The notes beneath the pieces were generated by a model that made no database searches, was not told where the DNA came from, and saw nothing but the letters and a program-made list of their open reading frames with translations. A DNA stretch of 63,514 nucleotides, the filler included, from Chthonomonadaceae bacterium (GTDB lineage: Bacteria > Armatimonadota > Chthonomonadetes > Chthonomonadales > Chthonomonadaceae): assembly GCA_035650735.1 (NCBI GenBank). It is 8 parts of 8 records of this genome, joined end to end, with 100 filler letters (N's around TTAATTAATTAA, not from the genome) between each part and the next. Parts side by side here need not be neighbours in the genome. Positions count along the whole stretch, not along the records: positions 38,424 to 46,033 come from DASRGZ010000006.1; positions 46,134 to 54,484 come from DASRGZ010000007.1; 6 more parts are not named here. One strand, given 5' to 3'. Every line of letters starts with the position of its first letter. The stretch's first letter is position 1. This document shows, piece by piece, positions 39,552 to 49,955 of the stretch. The translations under genes were made by a program, and so were the position numbers.

Positions 39552-40652
39552 CTATGGATTGCGCCAGGGAAGTATGCGCTGCTGCAGTTCCGCCTCGGCG
39601 AGTTCCAGACCTAAACCGGGCGTATCGGGGAGCGTGAAGAGGCCATTGACAGGACCGAGCGGGCGCGTGAAGACCACATCCTGTGTGCCCGATTTGTCGT
39701 TGTACTCACAGGGATAGTGCGCGTGGGCCAGGGCGGCGACGAAGTGGAGGTTGGCCCGATGGCCGACCGAGGGCTGGGTCTGGTGGGGTACGAGATCCAC
39801 GCCATAGGTACGCGCTAAGACGGCCATATCCATCAGGCCGGTAAAGCCGCCGGTCTTGACGATGTCGGGCTGCACGATTTCTACTCCGGCTTCGATCAGC
39901 CGCTTGACGCCCTGCAACGTGTACTCCTGCTCTCCGGCGGCGACGGCGATATCCAGGGCGGCAGCTACCTTCGCAAAGCTCTCCATGTGGTAGTGCTGGA
40001 CGGGCTCCTCAAACCAGGCATAGCCTAGCTCCTCCAGCGCTCTGCCGACGCGAATCGCTCCCTGCACCGAGTAGCCATTGTTGGCGTCAAAGGCCAGCGG
40101 AAAGGCATCGCCGACCAGCTTGCGCACGGCGCGGGCTTTGGCGATGTCGCCCGGAATATCTCTGTCGCGCTGGGTACGGTCGCCGTCAAAGCGAATCTTG
40201 ACCAGGGAAGGCTCCAGCCGCATCCATTCCTCCACGACACGGCACACCTCCTCCACGCTGCGGCCCGCGTTATTGCCGACAGAGGCGTAGAACGGCAGTT
40301 GCGTGCGCCAGGCGCCGCCCAGCAGCTTATAGATGGGCTGGCCCAGGAGCTTGCCCTTCAGATCCCAGAGCGCGATGTCCACTGCCGCCAGGGCGCCCGC
40401 CAGTGCGCCGTCCGGCCCAGTCTTGATAAAGGCATGGAACAGCCGATCTTGCAGCAAACGCACGTCGAGCGGGTCGGCGCCGAGAAGATGAGGTGTGAAG
40501 GTGCGAATTAGCTCCAGCGAGGCGTTGCCGTTGTGCATCGGGCTGGCTTCGCCCAGGCCGCACTCCCCGGCATCGGTCCAGAGGCGCACCCACGCGCTCT
40601 TGCCTCGTCCCCAATCTACATGAAAGACCTCCACCTTCGCGATCTGGGCCAT
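39552..40652 (-). CDS. Mandelate racemase/muconate lactonizing enzyme family protein
   Basis: Motifs DIALWDLKGK, DAN, WFEEP, AGE, QPD and PGLG. Confidence 0.92.
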   Translation of the reverse strand: MAQIAKVEVFHVDWGRGKSAWVRLWTDAGECGLGEASPMHNGNASLELIRTFTPHLLGADPLDVRLLQDRLFHAFIKTGPDGALAGALAAVDIALWDLKGKLLGQPIYKLLGGAWRTQLPFYASVGNNAGRSVEEVCRVVEEWMRLEPSLVKIRFDGDRTQRDRDIPGDIAKARAVRKLVGDAFPLAFDANNGYSVQGAIRVGRALEELGYAWFEEPVQHYHMESFAKVAAALDIAVAAGEQEYTLQGVKRLIEAGVEIVQPDIVKTGGFTGLMDMAVLARTYGVDLVPHQTQPSVGHRANLHFVAALAHAHYPCEYNDKSGTQDVVFTRPLGPVNGLFTLPDTPGLGLELAEAELQQRILPWRNP

Positions 40653-40669
40653 GCTTTTCTCCTTATTTA

Positions 40670-41031
40670 CCTAACCCCCCGGCCCCCTTCCCTTCTAGGG
40701 AAGGGAGTGACCCGGCTTCTCTTCCCCCTTCTCCCTTGCAGGGAGAAGGGCCGGGGAGGAGGGTAGAACTTGGCTTCCCCGTTCCCCCTCTCCCGCAGCG
40801 TGGATCGCAAGGCGGAGGGGTGTGGCAAGGCAGAGCCGTGTCGCCAGGTGTCGCAAGGCGGAGGCAAGGGCCGTAACCTTGCCGACCCTTGCAGTCCGTT
40901 GAGCGGCGTCCCTTGCAGTAGGGGGTTAGGGGGTGAGGGCGACCCTACCCCCTACACCCTACCCCCTACACCCTATCCCCTACACCCTATCCCCTACCCC
41001 CTACACCCTGCGCGAGGGGCCGGGGGTGAGG
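40670..41031. repeat. Family A repeat with multiply nested family B elements (40804-40919) and heptamer tract (40943-41009)
   Basis: Colinear with 7197-7596. Contains CCCTACA/CCCTATC tandem units. Confidence 0.9.
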
Positions 41032-41901
41032 TCACGCAAACCGATTATGCAGGGCCTTTAAATCCAATCGGCCCGAAATATCCGCCGCCAGGGCCGCGTT
41101 CGCAAGTACCTCCTCGGTCCTGCGCATGCCGACCACGACGCAATCTACTTCCGGCGTGGAGAGGACAAACTGGATCGCCAGTCGGGTCACTTTGTCCTGA
41201 TCCAAGTCGGGGAAGGCGGCTCCTAGCAGCTTTTGCAGGAAGCCGCAGGTCGTCGGGCGCATCGTCGTCACGCCCAGGCCCAGCGATTTTGCCAGCGGAA
41301 TGATGCCGGTCGGCGCGCGCTGATAGTCGCAGGCAGCCTGATAGATGAGGTTATAGGCGATCTCCAGCACATCGAAGCGGCCCGTGCGCAGCAGATGCTC
41401 CAGCGCGCCGGAAGGCCCCTCCGCCGTGATACCGGTAAAGCGGCAGAACCCCTGCGACCGCATGGCGTCGGCCCAATCCAGCACGCCCGAGGCCAGAATG
41501 CGATCCGCCAGGGCGTCATCAAAGACGCCGCCGTGCAGTTGCAGCACGTCCACATAGTCGGTGCGCAGGCGCTGGAGGCTATGCCGCAGGCCCTGGGTCT
41601 GCCGTTCCGGCGTAAAATCCTCCCGGAACGGATACTTGGTTGCCAGAAACACCTGCGAGCGCCGGTCTGCCAGCGCCGCCCCCAGCAGCCGCTCCGAGCG
41701 TCCCTCGCCATAGCCAGGCGCCGTGTCGAAGTAGTTGATGCCCCGCGCGACCGCCTCCCGGATCGCCCGCAGCGCCTGCTCCTGGAACTCTGCGCTATCG
41801 CGATCCTCAGGGCTCAAATAGCCGGGGATACCGATAGGCGCACCGCCAAAGCCGATGGCGGAGACTTTCAGGCCCGTCCTGCCCAGCGTGCGATACTCCA
41901 T
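41032..41901 (-). CDS. Aldo/keto reductase
   Basis: Motifs LGRTGLKVSAIGFG, INYFDTAPGYG, ATK and SLQRLRTDYVD. Confidence 0.93.
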   Translation of the reverse strand: MEYRTLGRTGLKVSAIGFGGAPIGIPGYLSPEDRDSAEFQEQALRAIREAVARGINYFDTAPGYGEGRSERLLGAALADRRSQVFLATKYPFREDFTPERQTQGLRHSLQRLRTDYVDVLQLHGGVFDDALADRILASGVLDWADAMRSQGFCRFTGITAEGPSGALEHLLRTGRFDVLEIAYNLIYQAACDYQRAPTGIIPLAKSLGLGVTTMRPTTCGFLQKLLGAAFPDLDQDKVTRLAIQFVLSTPEVDCVVVGMRRTEEVLANAALAADISGRLDLKALHNRFA

Positions 41902-42087
41902 TGCTCCCTATACGCTCCCCTCCGCGCCCGTTGCGCTTTCCCGGCGGCGCGTATCTCGCCGCTCTGGCCGCGTCGCTTTTAGGTTGGCCTGGAGGCGGCC
42001 CTTTCCCTGCCCGCAGGCTGCCGGGCCGAGAAAAGAATTGGATTTGGGCTCAGATCGGCCCTCGGCGGAAACGCCGCCGGGGAAGGC

Positions 42088-42116
42088 TTGACAGCAAATG
42101 CGCGGTGATTTATAAT
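42088..42116 (+). promoter_or_regulatory. Perfect sigma70 consensus promoter
   Basis: TTGACA-17-TATAAT. Confidence 0.85.
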
Positions 42117-42319
42117 GGGGAAGTCCGCGGCCCTACAAACAGGGAACGCTTGTGGTTTCCGGATGTGCGTCTGCGCCCCGGCGCCGATGCCCCCACCGCG
42201 TAACCCTCGCTGCGGTTTGATCGTCGAAAGTAGGGGGACTCTTCCCCTCTCAATGGCTGGCCTGAGGCCCACGACCTCAGGCAATCTGCGTTTCCACCGA
42301 ACCAGGGGGTTAGTGACCA

Positions 42320-44059
42320 ATGAAGTTACTGCCTATTTCTTGCCGTGCAGCCTCCCTAGCCCGCATCCCCGCGTTTGCGGCTGGATTGCGGCGTGGGCTG
42401 CGCGTTTGCGCCGTATTGTCCGCCCTCGCGCTGCCCATTGGGTTCCTGGCGCTTGGGTCCGCGCGCGCCGCCGAGCCACACGCGGCGCCCGCTGCGGCGC
42501 CTCAGGAGGAGCCGACCGCCGCAGCGGCCGGGGGCTCTCTCACTATGCCGCTGGCCGTCTACTGGAAGTATACCGGCGATTTCTACGGTAACAATCCGGC
42601 GGCCCCCATCGTGACCGAGGATACGGCCTATTTTGCCACCGGCAACCGCGTCTATGCCGTCAACCTTAAGGATGGCTCGCTCAAGTGGCGCTATCCCGGC
42701 GATACCACGATGGCTAACTTTGTCCAGACCACGCCCGCCGTCAATGACGATTCGCTCTTCATCGGCACCGGCGACGGCCTCTATGCCCTCAACCGCGCTG
42801 ACGGTAAGCTGCGCTGGCCGCAGCCCTTCCACATCAAGAATGGGGTCACCGCCTCGCCGATAGTCGTCGGAGATACCGTCTACTTTGGCGGGGGCAATGG
42901 CCGCATCTATGCCCTCAACGCCAAAACCGGCGATCCCCCCGTCGGAACCTGGCAGCAGGGCGTGGACGCTGGCGGCGATTTCAGCTCCGATTTCTCCGTC
43001 GGCGGCGACATGCTCTACTACATTACCGGTGGACAGGACCTCCACGCGGTCAATCTCACCTCCGGTCAGCACCGCTGGCTGCAGCGCCTGCCCGCCCTGA
43101 CGCGCGGGAGCGTGAGTCCGGTCTTGAGCGGCGAGTCGATCTATATCGCGGCGGGCAACTCGATCTCCAGTTGGCGGGCCAACAACGGTCAGCAGCGCTG
43201 GTATCTGCCGCTGCCCAGTGATGCCGCGACCGCGCCCGCTGTGGACGCCAACGGCAACCTCTATATCATTACCTCCGACCGCAACATCTACGCGGTGGAT
43301 AAATCCGGTCGAGGACTCTGGCATCAGGCGGCCAAAGTGGACTTCGAGGTTACGGCCCAGCCGATTGTGGACGGCAACCTGTTGTTCGTGGGCACCACTC
43401 AGGGCGGCGTCTATGCCTTTGATACGGCGACCGGCGCGCTCAAGTGGAACTACCTGATCCATCCCTCGGCCCGCGACGCCAACGCCCTGCCCGCCTTTAC
43501 CAACGTCTCCTCGCGCCCGGCGGTCTCCGGAGGCACCTTCTACGCCCTCACCGACGACGGCACGCTGACGGCGTTCCGCCATGATGCCGCCGACGACACG
43601 CCGCCGACCGTCAGCGACATGCTCCCGACACCGGGAGATTACATCAACGGCCGCCCGCCGCTGCACTTCGGCGCGCGCATCACCGATATCGGCTCGGGCG
43701 TCAATGAGAGCACCATTACCGTTCGGCTCGACGACCAGACGATCCCGCGTCGCCCTCCAGGACGCGAGAACCAGGATAAGTTCGGCTATACCTATAACCC
43801 GGATGAGGGCACCATTGACTTCTACACGGTCGAGACCAGCGTTGGGAGGTCCAATGCGCTGCCGGACGGGCATCACAGCGTCACCGTCTCTGCCACCGAC
43901 TGGATGGGCAACGTCACGAACAAGACCTGGACGTTCTACGTGGACGATACGATCCCGCGCCGTACGGCCCGCACGCAGGGGCGGGGAACCACTCCTGGTC
44001 GCTTCCCCGGTCGCTTCCCCGGCGGAGGTGGCCCGGGCGGCAAAGGCGGCGGCGGCTAG
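42320..44059 (+). CDS. Secreted PQQ-like beta-propeller (BamB-like repeats) with C-terminal Ig-like domain
   Basis: Repeated YAxx...G.L(K/R)W blades, then DDTPPTV...DGHHSVTVSATDWMGN...WTFYV and a Gly-rich tail. Confidence 0.8.
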   Translation: MKLLPISCRAASLARIPAFAAGLRRGLRVCAVLSALALPIGFLALGSARAAEPHAAPAAAPQEEPTAAAAGGSLTMPLAVYWKYTGDFYGNNPAAPIVTEDTAYFATGNRVYAVNLKDGSLKWRYPGDTTMANFVQTTPAVNDDSLFIGTGDGLYALNRADGKLRWPQPFHIKNGVTASPIVVGDTVYFGGGNGRIYALNAKTGDPPVGTWQQGVDAGGDFSSDFSVGGDMLYYITGGQDLHAVNLTSGQHRWLQRLPALTRGSVSPVLSGESIYIAAGNSISSWRANNGQQRWYLPLPSDAATAPAVDANGNLYIITSDRNIYAVDKSGRGLWHQAAKVDFEVTAQPIVDGNLLFVGTTQGGVYAFDTATGALKWNYLIHPSARDANALPAFTNVSSRPAVSGGTFYALTDDGTLTAFRHDAADDTPPTVSDMLPTPGDYINGRPPLHFGARITDIGSGVNESTITVRLDDQTIPRRPPGRENQDKFGYTYNPDEGTIDFYTVETSVGRSNALPDGHHSVTVSATDWMGNVTNKTWTFYVDDTIPRRTARTQGRGTTPGRFPGRFPGGGGPGGKGGGG

Positions 44060-44071
44060 AGCGTAAGGAAT

Positions 44072-44338
44072 CTCACCTCCGGTTAAGACCCCCACCCCTT
44101 CATCCCCTCCCCCAAGAACAGGGGAGGGGAGAGTCTGAGCTTCTCGGTTCCCCCTCTCCTAAAGCTAGGGGTCGCAAGGCGGAGGGGTGTGGCAAGGCAA
44201 AGCCGTGTCGCTAGGTGTCGCAAGGCGGAGGCAAGGGCCGTAACCTTGCCGACCCTGGCAGTGAGGCGAACCATGGCAGCCCCGACCCTTGCAGTCCATT
44301 GCAGGCCCGACCCGAGCAGTGGGGACAGGGGGTGAGGG
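44072..44338. repeat. Family A repeat with nested family B elements (44171-44320)
   Basis: CCCCTCTCCT arm interrupted by four left ends and three right ends of the 45-bp element. Confidence 0.9.
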
Positions 44339-44434
44339 CTGTTAGACCATAGGTAAGGCAGCTACCAGGCTCTTTCTGCGTGGCCCAGCTTCCAGGTGGA
44401 ACCGGGCCGTGCTTTTCCCAACCCTAAAACTCCG

Positions 44435-45715
44435 ATGACTTCCCGCACCCCCTCGGAAACACCTGATTATGTTCCCGTACCGCCTGCCGGGGACGCGCTG
44501 CGCGCCTGGCTGCGGCTGGCCAACATGCAGTTCACCGCCTGCCTCACGACGGCGCTGCTGACACGATTTGCTGGCGACCCACAGGCCATCTTTGCGGCAG
44601 CGGATGCCGAGCTCGATGCCGTGCCCGGCTTCCAGGCCCGCCATCTGGTGCGCCTGCGTGATCCGGCGCTGGAGGCCAGCAGTCGGCAACTGGCCTGGGT
44701 GGAGCGCCACGGCGTCGCGCTCGTGCTGCACGGCCAGCCGGAGTATCCGCGCCTGCTACGGCATATCCCGGACCCGCCGCCCATCCTGTTTGTGCGCGGC
44801 TCCCTGACGGAGGCCGACCGGTTCAGCATGGGCATTGTCGGGTCGCGGTATGCCACGCCCTATGGCCGCGCGACGGCGCTGCGCCTGGCGCGGGAGCTGG
44901 CGGAGCAGGGCGTGGTTGTGGTCAGCGGTGGGGCGGTGGGGATCGATACGGCGGCGCATCAGGGCGCGCTGGCAGGCGGTGGGCGTACCCTGGCCGTCCT
45001 GGGCTGCGGCCTGGATGTGAACTATCCGCGCGAGAACCAGGCCCTCTTTGAGCAGATCACGGCCCAGGGCGCACTGATCACGGAGTATCCGCTGGGCGCG
45101 CAGCCGGAAGCATGGCGCTTTCCGCTGCGCAATCGGATTCTAAGCGGGCTCTCCCTGGGCGTACTGGTGGTCGAGGCGCCCCGGCAGAGCGGCGCGCTGA
45201 TCACGGCGGCGCGCGCCGCTGAACAGGGCCGTCCCGTGATGGTGATCCCCGGCAACATAGACCGCCCCTCCAGCGAAGGCTCCAATGAGCTACTGAAAGA
45301 GGGCGCCGCGCCGGTGACCTGTGCGGAGGATGTGCTGCGCGGCCTTAACCTGATGACGGCTCCGGCGCGTCCCCAGCATCAGCGCGCCCTGGATCTGGTT
45401 CTGGAATCGGCAATGGCAGAGCCCTCTGGCGGCGAGAGCGCTTCCGCGCCGTTCGCCTCGCAGCAGGAGTGGGGAATTCCCGGTGAGGAGGGAGCCGCGA
45501 CGCGATCCCAGGCCGCGCGGGACCTGCTGGCCCGTCAGATGCCGGAAAGCCAGCGCAAGCTGCTGGAGTGCCTGTCGTTGACGCCCCGGTACATTGATGC
45601 CATCGCGCAGGAGGCGGGAATGACGACGGTACAGGCGGGCGTGGAAATTACATTGCTCGAACTGAGCGGCCAGGTGCGCCGCCTGCCCGGCAATACCTAC
45701 ATCCGGGCCTTGTGA
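44435..45715 (+). CDS. dprA: DNA-processing protein DprA
   Basis: Motifs YPRLLRHIPDPPPILFVRG, IVGSR, VSGGAVGID, FPLRNRI and SGALITA, plus a C-terminal wH domain. Confidence 0.96.
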   Translation: MTSRTPSETPDYVPVPPAGDALRAWLRLANMQFTACLTTALLTRFAGDPQAIFAAADAELDAVPGFQARHLVRLRDPALEASSRQLAWVERHGVALVLHGQPEYPRLLRHIPDPPPILFVRGSLTEADRFSMGIVGSRYATPYGRATALRLARELAEQGVVVVSGGAVGIDTAAHQGALAGGGRTLAVLGCGLDVNYPRENQALFEQITAQGALITEYPLGAQPEAWRFPLRNRILSGLSLGVLVVEAPRQSGALITAARAAEQGRPVMVIPGNIDRPSSEGSNELLKEGAAPVTCAEDVLRGLNLMTAPARPQHQRALDLVLESAMAEPSGGESASAPFASQQEWGIPGEEGAATRSQAARDLLARQMPESQRKLLECLSLTPRYIDAIAQEAGMTTVQAGVEITLLELSGQVRRLPGNTYIRAL

Positions 45716-45784
45716 GCCGCGTTTCCTGCCGTGCCGGGTAGGTTCCATGCCCGGCGCTGAGGAAGCGTTCTCGGCCCGGCGTAA

Positions 45785-45823
45785 AAAAGCAAGCCTGCAA
45801 TACGGTGATTGCAGGCTTGCTTT
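45785..45823. terminator. Bidirectional intrinsic terminator
   Basis: AAAGCAAGCCTGCAAT-ACGGTG-ATTGCAGGCTTGCTTT between convergent genes. Confidence 0.8.
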
Positions 45824-45931
45824 CAAATGCACCCTATGAATCTCAGGTCGCCTTTGACCTGGGATTGCCCGGAGCATCCTTCGGCCCTACCCCTTCAGAC
45901 GAAGGCGGAAGGGCCGAAACCACCAGGGACA

Positions 45932-46033
45932 TTAGGAGGCATCGCGGCCAGGCTGATAGCCCGTGTTGTTGCCATCGTCGGTCTTGTCGTGATCCGGGAT
46001 GGTGCAGTGAATGGTGATCGGCCCCTGGTTGTT
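45932..46033 (-). CDS. 3' fragment of a gene, possibly a pilin-like C-terminus
   Basis: NNQGPITIHCTIPDHDK...GRDAS*. The C-x4-H pattern is only suggestive. Confidence 0.35.
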   Translation of the reverse strand, partial: NNQGPITIHCTIPDHDKTDDGNNTGYQPGRDAS

Positions 46034-46156
46034 NNNNNNNNNNNNNNNNNNNNNNNNNNNNNNNNNNNNNNNNNNNNTTAATTAATTAANNNNNNNNNNN
46101 NNNNNNNNNNNNNNNNNNNNNNNNNNNNNNNNNCGAAGAACCTGGGAGTAAGGCTG

Positions 46157-46267
46157 CTCCCCTCTCCTTTAGAAGGAGAGGGGCGGGGGGTGAGGGCGAC
46201 CCTATCCCCTACACCCTATCCCCTACACCCTACACCCTACACCCTCACCAGGGCCGGGGGGTTAGGT
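46157..46267. repeat. Family A unit plus CCCTACA heptamer tract
   Basis: CCCCTCTCCTT/AAGGAGAGGGG, GGGGTGAGGG, heptamers, then GGGGTTAGG. Same layout as 40920-41031. Confidence 0.85.
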
Positions 46268-46274
46268 AAGGGCG

Positions 46275-46868
46275 CTAAACCGCCTGTAAGGTGCGCTCAC
46301 GCTCGGCGGCGTGCTGCCGGGTATGCTTGCCCTCGGCAAACTCCTCGATCATCTTCTGGTTGAAGGCGGGAATGTCATCGGGCTTGCGGCTGGTCACCAG
46401 GCCGTTATCGGTGACGACCTACTGATCCACCCAGTTCGCGCCCGCATTCCGCAGATCCACTTGAATTGATGGCCAGGAGGTCATCGTGCGGCCCTGCACC
46501 ACCCCGGCATTGATCAGCGTCCAGGGGCCATGGCAGATCGCGGCTACGGGCCTGCCTGCATCAAACATCGCCCGAATGAACTGAATGGCCTGCGGATAGA
46601 GCCGCAGCTTGTCGGGGTTCATGACGCCGCCTGGCAGCAGCAGCGCATCGTAGTCCTCAGGTTGTGCGTTGTCCAGCGGCACCTCCACCGGGAACTCGTC
46701 GCCCCATTTATCATGCTGCCAGCCTTTGACCTTGCCCTGCATGGGCGAGACGATAAACGTCTGCGCGCCCTCCTGCTCCAGGGCCTTCTTCGGCTCGGTC
46801 ATCTCGACCTGTTCGAAGCCATCCGCGACTAGAATCGCAACTTTGTGTCCCTCAAGTCTACCTGGCAT
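46275..46868 (-). pseudogene. PfpI/DJ-1-family type 1 glutamine amidotransferase-like protein with in-frame TAG at 46419-46421
   Basis: Motifs DGFEQVE, LPGG and AICHGP. The family C-terminus [20 protein letters not shown] continues in frame after the TAG. Confidence 0.85.
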
Positions 46869-46987
46869 TTTGTCTTACCTCCACAAGAACCGGGCAGCGC
46901 TCAGACTGCCGCGCCGCCCATTGTGTATTGTGTTATGCGCCCGCTATGGGAGACATCCTGGCCTCCCGCGGCGGGCTACAGCTTGTG

Positions 46988-47662
46988 TTAAACCCTCCCG
47001 ACATCAAATAGACGCCGCATATCGGTATCGCCGAGGCTGCGCGCGATCAGGCCCAGCCCGATAGGCGCCAGCGCCGAGCCGATCACGCCGCGCTGCCGCG
47101 CGCCGTAGATCGCCAGGACGCTCCCGGCGACGCTGGCTATCAGCCGCGCCATCGGTGACCACTGCGCCGTTCTCGGCCCGGCTTGCGCGTTCAGGGGTGT
47201 CTGCGTATCCCGCAATCCCGGCACATGGTCCGTCCGCTCATGGATCTCCAGTTGATTCTCCAGGCCGGCGACGCCGCGCACCGAGGACACGCAGCGGATC
47301 AGCGTATCCAGCTCGCTGGCCGGGATGGGGCCGCTTAAGATCACGCGCCCATTATCGGCGGTGACCTGGATGGCGCCGGGATGGGAGACATAGTGCCCCA
47401 TCTTGGAGCGCACGCGCGCCACCAGCTTCTCATCCGAGGCCGGTTCCAGCGAGAACAGAGACAGGGTTGCAGCCAGCAATCCCTGCGCGCGGTTGTTCAG
47501 GTCGCGTGTGGTCGCGCCAAAGGCATCGTTCGCCTTATGGGCAAGGTGCACCATTTTGTCGCGCAGCAGAGAGCGGCGGGTTCTTCCCATCTCCGGATCT
47601 AAGAGATACATCGCGCCCGCGCCAATGCCAAGACCATAGAGCAGGGCCATCGCCTTATTCAT
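46988..47662 (-). CDS. BON-domain membrane protein
   Basis: GAGAMYLLDP..GRTRR N-terminus and BON motif SDEKLVARVRS...GRVILSG...VRGV..LENQL. Confidence 0.8.
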   Translation of the reverse strand: MNKAMALLYGLGIGAGAMYLLDPEMGRTRRSLLRDKMVHLAHKANDAFGATTRDLNNRAQGLLAATLSLFSLEPASDEKLVARVRSKMGHYVSHPGAIQVTADNGRVILSGPIPASELDTLIRCVSSVRGVAGLENQLEIHERTDHVPGLRDTQTPLNAQAGPRTAQWSPMARLIASVAGSVLAIYGARQRGVIGSALAPIGLGLIARSLGDTDMRRLFDVGRV

Positions 47663-47709
47663 CGTCGTATCCTAATCCTGATCTCTATCCTGTTCCTGAA
47701 AGGGCTACA

Positions 47710-48618
47710 TCAATAATCCACCATCACCGGCTCATCCTTCTGCTGCCAGCCCATCACCGCCGTATCATGGAGCCAGAAGAGCGGTCCCTGCCCCTTCTTG
47801 CTCTCGTTGGCGTCCTTTTCCACCAGCGGGCGCACTTCTTCGATCAGTTGGGCCTCTTCTTCCTCGGACAGCGGGCGAAAGTTGGCGGCGATGTCGGCGA
47901 TCTGGTCTATCTGGATTGGCACATCCATGCCGACAATCGCCAGAGAGACGCCGGGCAGTCCCAAGGAGTAGCGCAGGGCCAGTTCCACGTTCTTGAACTG
48001 GCCGTGCCCCAGCGTCTTCATGGCGATGACACCGACATTGCGCTCCCTGGCCTCCGGCAGCAGAAACGTCTCCGGGCTGGTCACCAGGCGATCCGCCATG
48101 CCGAGCGCAACCAATACAGTATCAAAGGGATACTGCGTCAGGGCATGCCCCAACAGCTCCGGCCGCGCGTGGCCCGTAATGCCGATAAAGCGTGCCAAGC
48201 CTTGTTGACGCGCCTGTTCCAGAGCGTGAACCGCGCCGTCCGGAGCCAGGGCCTGCTCTAAATCGGCCCAGGCGCTTACCGCGTGGATCTGTACCAGGTC
48301 CACATGGTCGGTCTGAAGCTTTGTAAGCGATTGCTTTAACTCGTCCAGCACGCCGTCCATGCTGCGCTTGTTGACTTTGGTCGCCAGGAAGACCTCATCG
48401 CGGCGGGTGCGCATTACCTGGCCAATATGCGGCTCGCTGCCATAGTCCGGCGAGGTATCCAGATAGGTGATGCCGAGGTCAATCGCGTGGTTAAGGCAGC
48501 GGGCGGCGTGCTCCGGCGTGATATGCTGCTTGCCAAGAGGCGCCGTGCCATAGCCGATAAGCGGAACGGTCACGCCGGTTGCGCCGAGCGGGCGCGCTGG
48601 CTGAAGCCTGGCGGGCAT
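47710..48618 (-). CDS. Aldo/keto reductase
   Basis: GGAGG RBS. Motifs GITYLDTSPDYG, FLATK, LQTDHVDLVQIH and IGITGH. Confidence 0.92.
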   Translation of the reverse strand: MPARLQPARPLGATGVTVPLIGYGTAPLGKQHITPEHAARCLNHAIDLGITYLDTSPDYGSEPHIGQVMRTRRDEVFLATKVNKRSMDGVLDELKQSLTKLQTDHVDLVQIHAVSAWADLEQALAPDGAVHALEQARQQGLARFIGITGHARPELLGHALTQYPFDTVLVALGMADRLVTSPETFLLPEARERNVGVIAMKTLGHGQFKNVELALRYSLGLPGVSLAIVGMDVPIQIDQIADIAANFRPLSEEEEAQLIEEVRPLVEKDANESKKGQGPLFWLHDTAVMGWQQKDEPVMVDY

Positions 48619-48915
48619 TGAGAAACCTCCTTCAAAGGACTGGGCCGGGTTTACATGGGCTGCCCTGCGCCCCAAATTACACGGTCAAGACGGATTCTCC
48701 AAAAACAAGGTTCCGCTTCCTGATAGTCTGCCAGAGTGAGAACCTTGTAGAGAAAATCGCGCCGGACTGCAACTTTCTCTGCGGAGGACTGGTCATCCAT
48801 TTGGAACGTGCCGTCCCAGGATTAAGTTACCTGGAGAAGTTACCTGCGCCGGGAGCCGATACGAAGGGAGGAACACACCCTGAAAAGCCAACCGCATGGC
48901 CAGGACCTCAGCACC

Positions 48916-49569
48916 GTGAGCAAAGTCACCGGCTTTGTGACGCGCGGCGCGGGGCTACAGCGCGAGCTGCTGGTCTTCCGCCATCCGCTGGCGGGCGTGC
49001 AGCTTCCCGCCGGAACGGTCGAGCCAGGGGAGGCTGCCGAGGCAGCAGTCCTGCGCGAAGTGTGGGAAGAGACCGGCCTGAAGGATGTGCGTCTCCAGAG
49101 GAAACTGGCGACGATAGAGGAGCTGACGGAGCCGAAGGCGCGGATGCTGACGCGCGTGGTGCGCTTCCACTCCGAGCCGGATGAAGCCGCCCCCTGCCTG
49201 GATATTCCTCTCGGCGGCGGCATGGTCGTGCAGCAGCTTGGCCGGGGCAACGTCGTCCAGCTTCAGGAGACCACCATCCGCCACGCCCGCGTCGTCTATA
49301 CGGTGTACGACCTCCAGGGAGAGCGGCTGATTGTCTCCGAAATCGTCACCGGCTGGGTTCCCGCCGAGGCGCTGGCCGCGCGTGTGCAACGGCATCTCTT
49401 CCATCTGCAATCCACCGCCCCGACGCCCGACCGCTGGACATGGAAAGGCGACCTGGACTTAGATTTTCAGCTCTACTGGGTTCCGCTCTCGCAAAATCCC
49501 GGTCTGATGCAGTGGCAGGATAGATGGCTGGAATGCGTTCTTGAGCAGCTACAAAATGCGGAACGGTAG
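48916..49569 (+). CDS. NUDIX hydrolase
   Basis: Nudix box PAGTVEPGEAAEAAVLREVWEETGL. Confidence 0.85.
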   Translation: MSKVTGFVTRGAGLQRELLVFRHPLAGVQLPAGTVEPGEAAEAAVLREVWEETGLKDVRLQRKLATIEELTEPKARMLTRVVRFHSEPDEAAPCLDIPLGGGMVVQQLGRGNVVQLQETTIRHARVVYTVYDLQGERLIVSEIVTGWVPAEALAARVQRHLFHLQSTAPTPDRWTWKGDLDLDFQLYWVPLSQNPGLMQWQDRWLECVLEQLQNAER

Positions 49570-49955
49570 AGAGAGGCGTTACGTCTTCTTTCGGGTCGAG
49601 ATTGACAGACGACAGCAGGCGCGGTCATACTATAAGCGTTTGCGACTCTGAAGGAAAGGAGAAGGGGCGCGACAGAGCGCGCAGCCCATAAGCGACGAAA
49701 ATGGTATATCTGCGGATGTCAGCCCTGTTCCCGGTGCTTCCGCCGGGGAGCCTGCTCATGGCTCCCATGCGTCCGGACTCTGCCGTCCCCGCCTGCTGCC
49801 TGTCCTTCGGAGGTTGCTGCCGCTAGAGATTTCTCTCTTCCACAACCGCTTTCCCAGAGGCTACGGGCGCGACGCAGAGCAAGGCGCAGCCCGTAGCTTT
49901 TTTTGCAACTCATGGAGGCTTTTGTCTCACGCCGATTGTGTGCCAGGAGGAACGA

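Noticed and set aside
28462..46421. Three in-frame TAGs (28462, 36526, 46419) suggesting amber recoding
   Set aside because: They appear to replace different residues, two are in decaying transposases, and intact genes such as guaB and the ABC exporter end in TAG.
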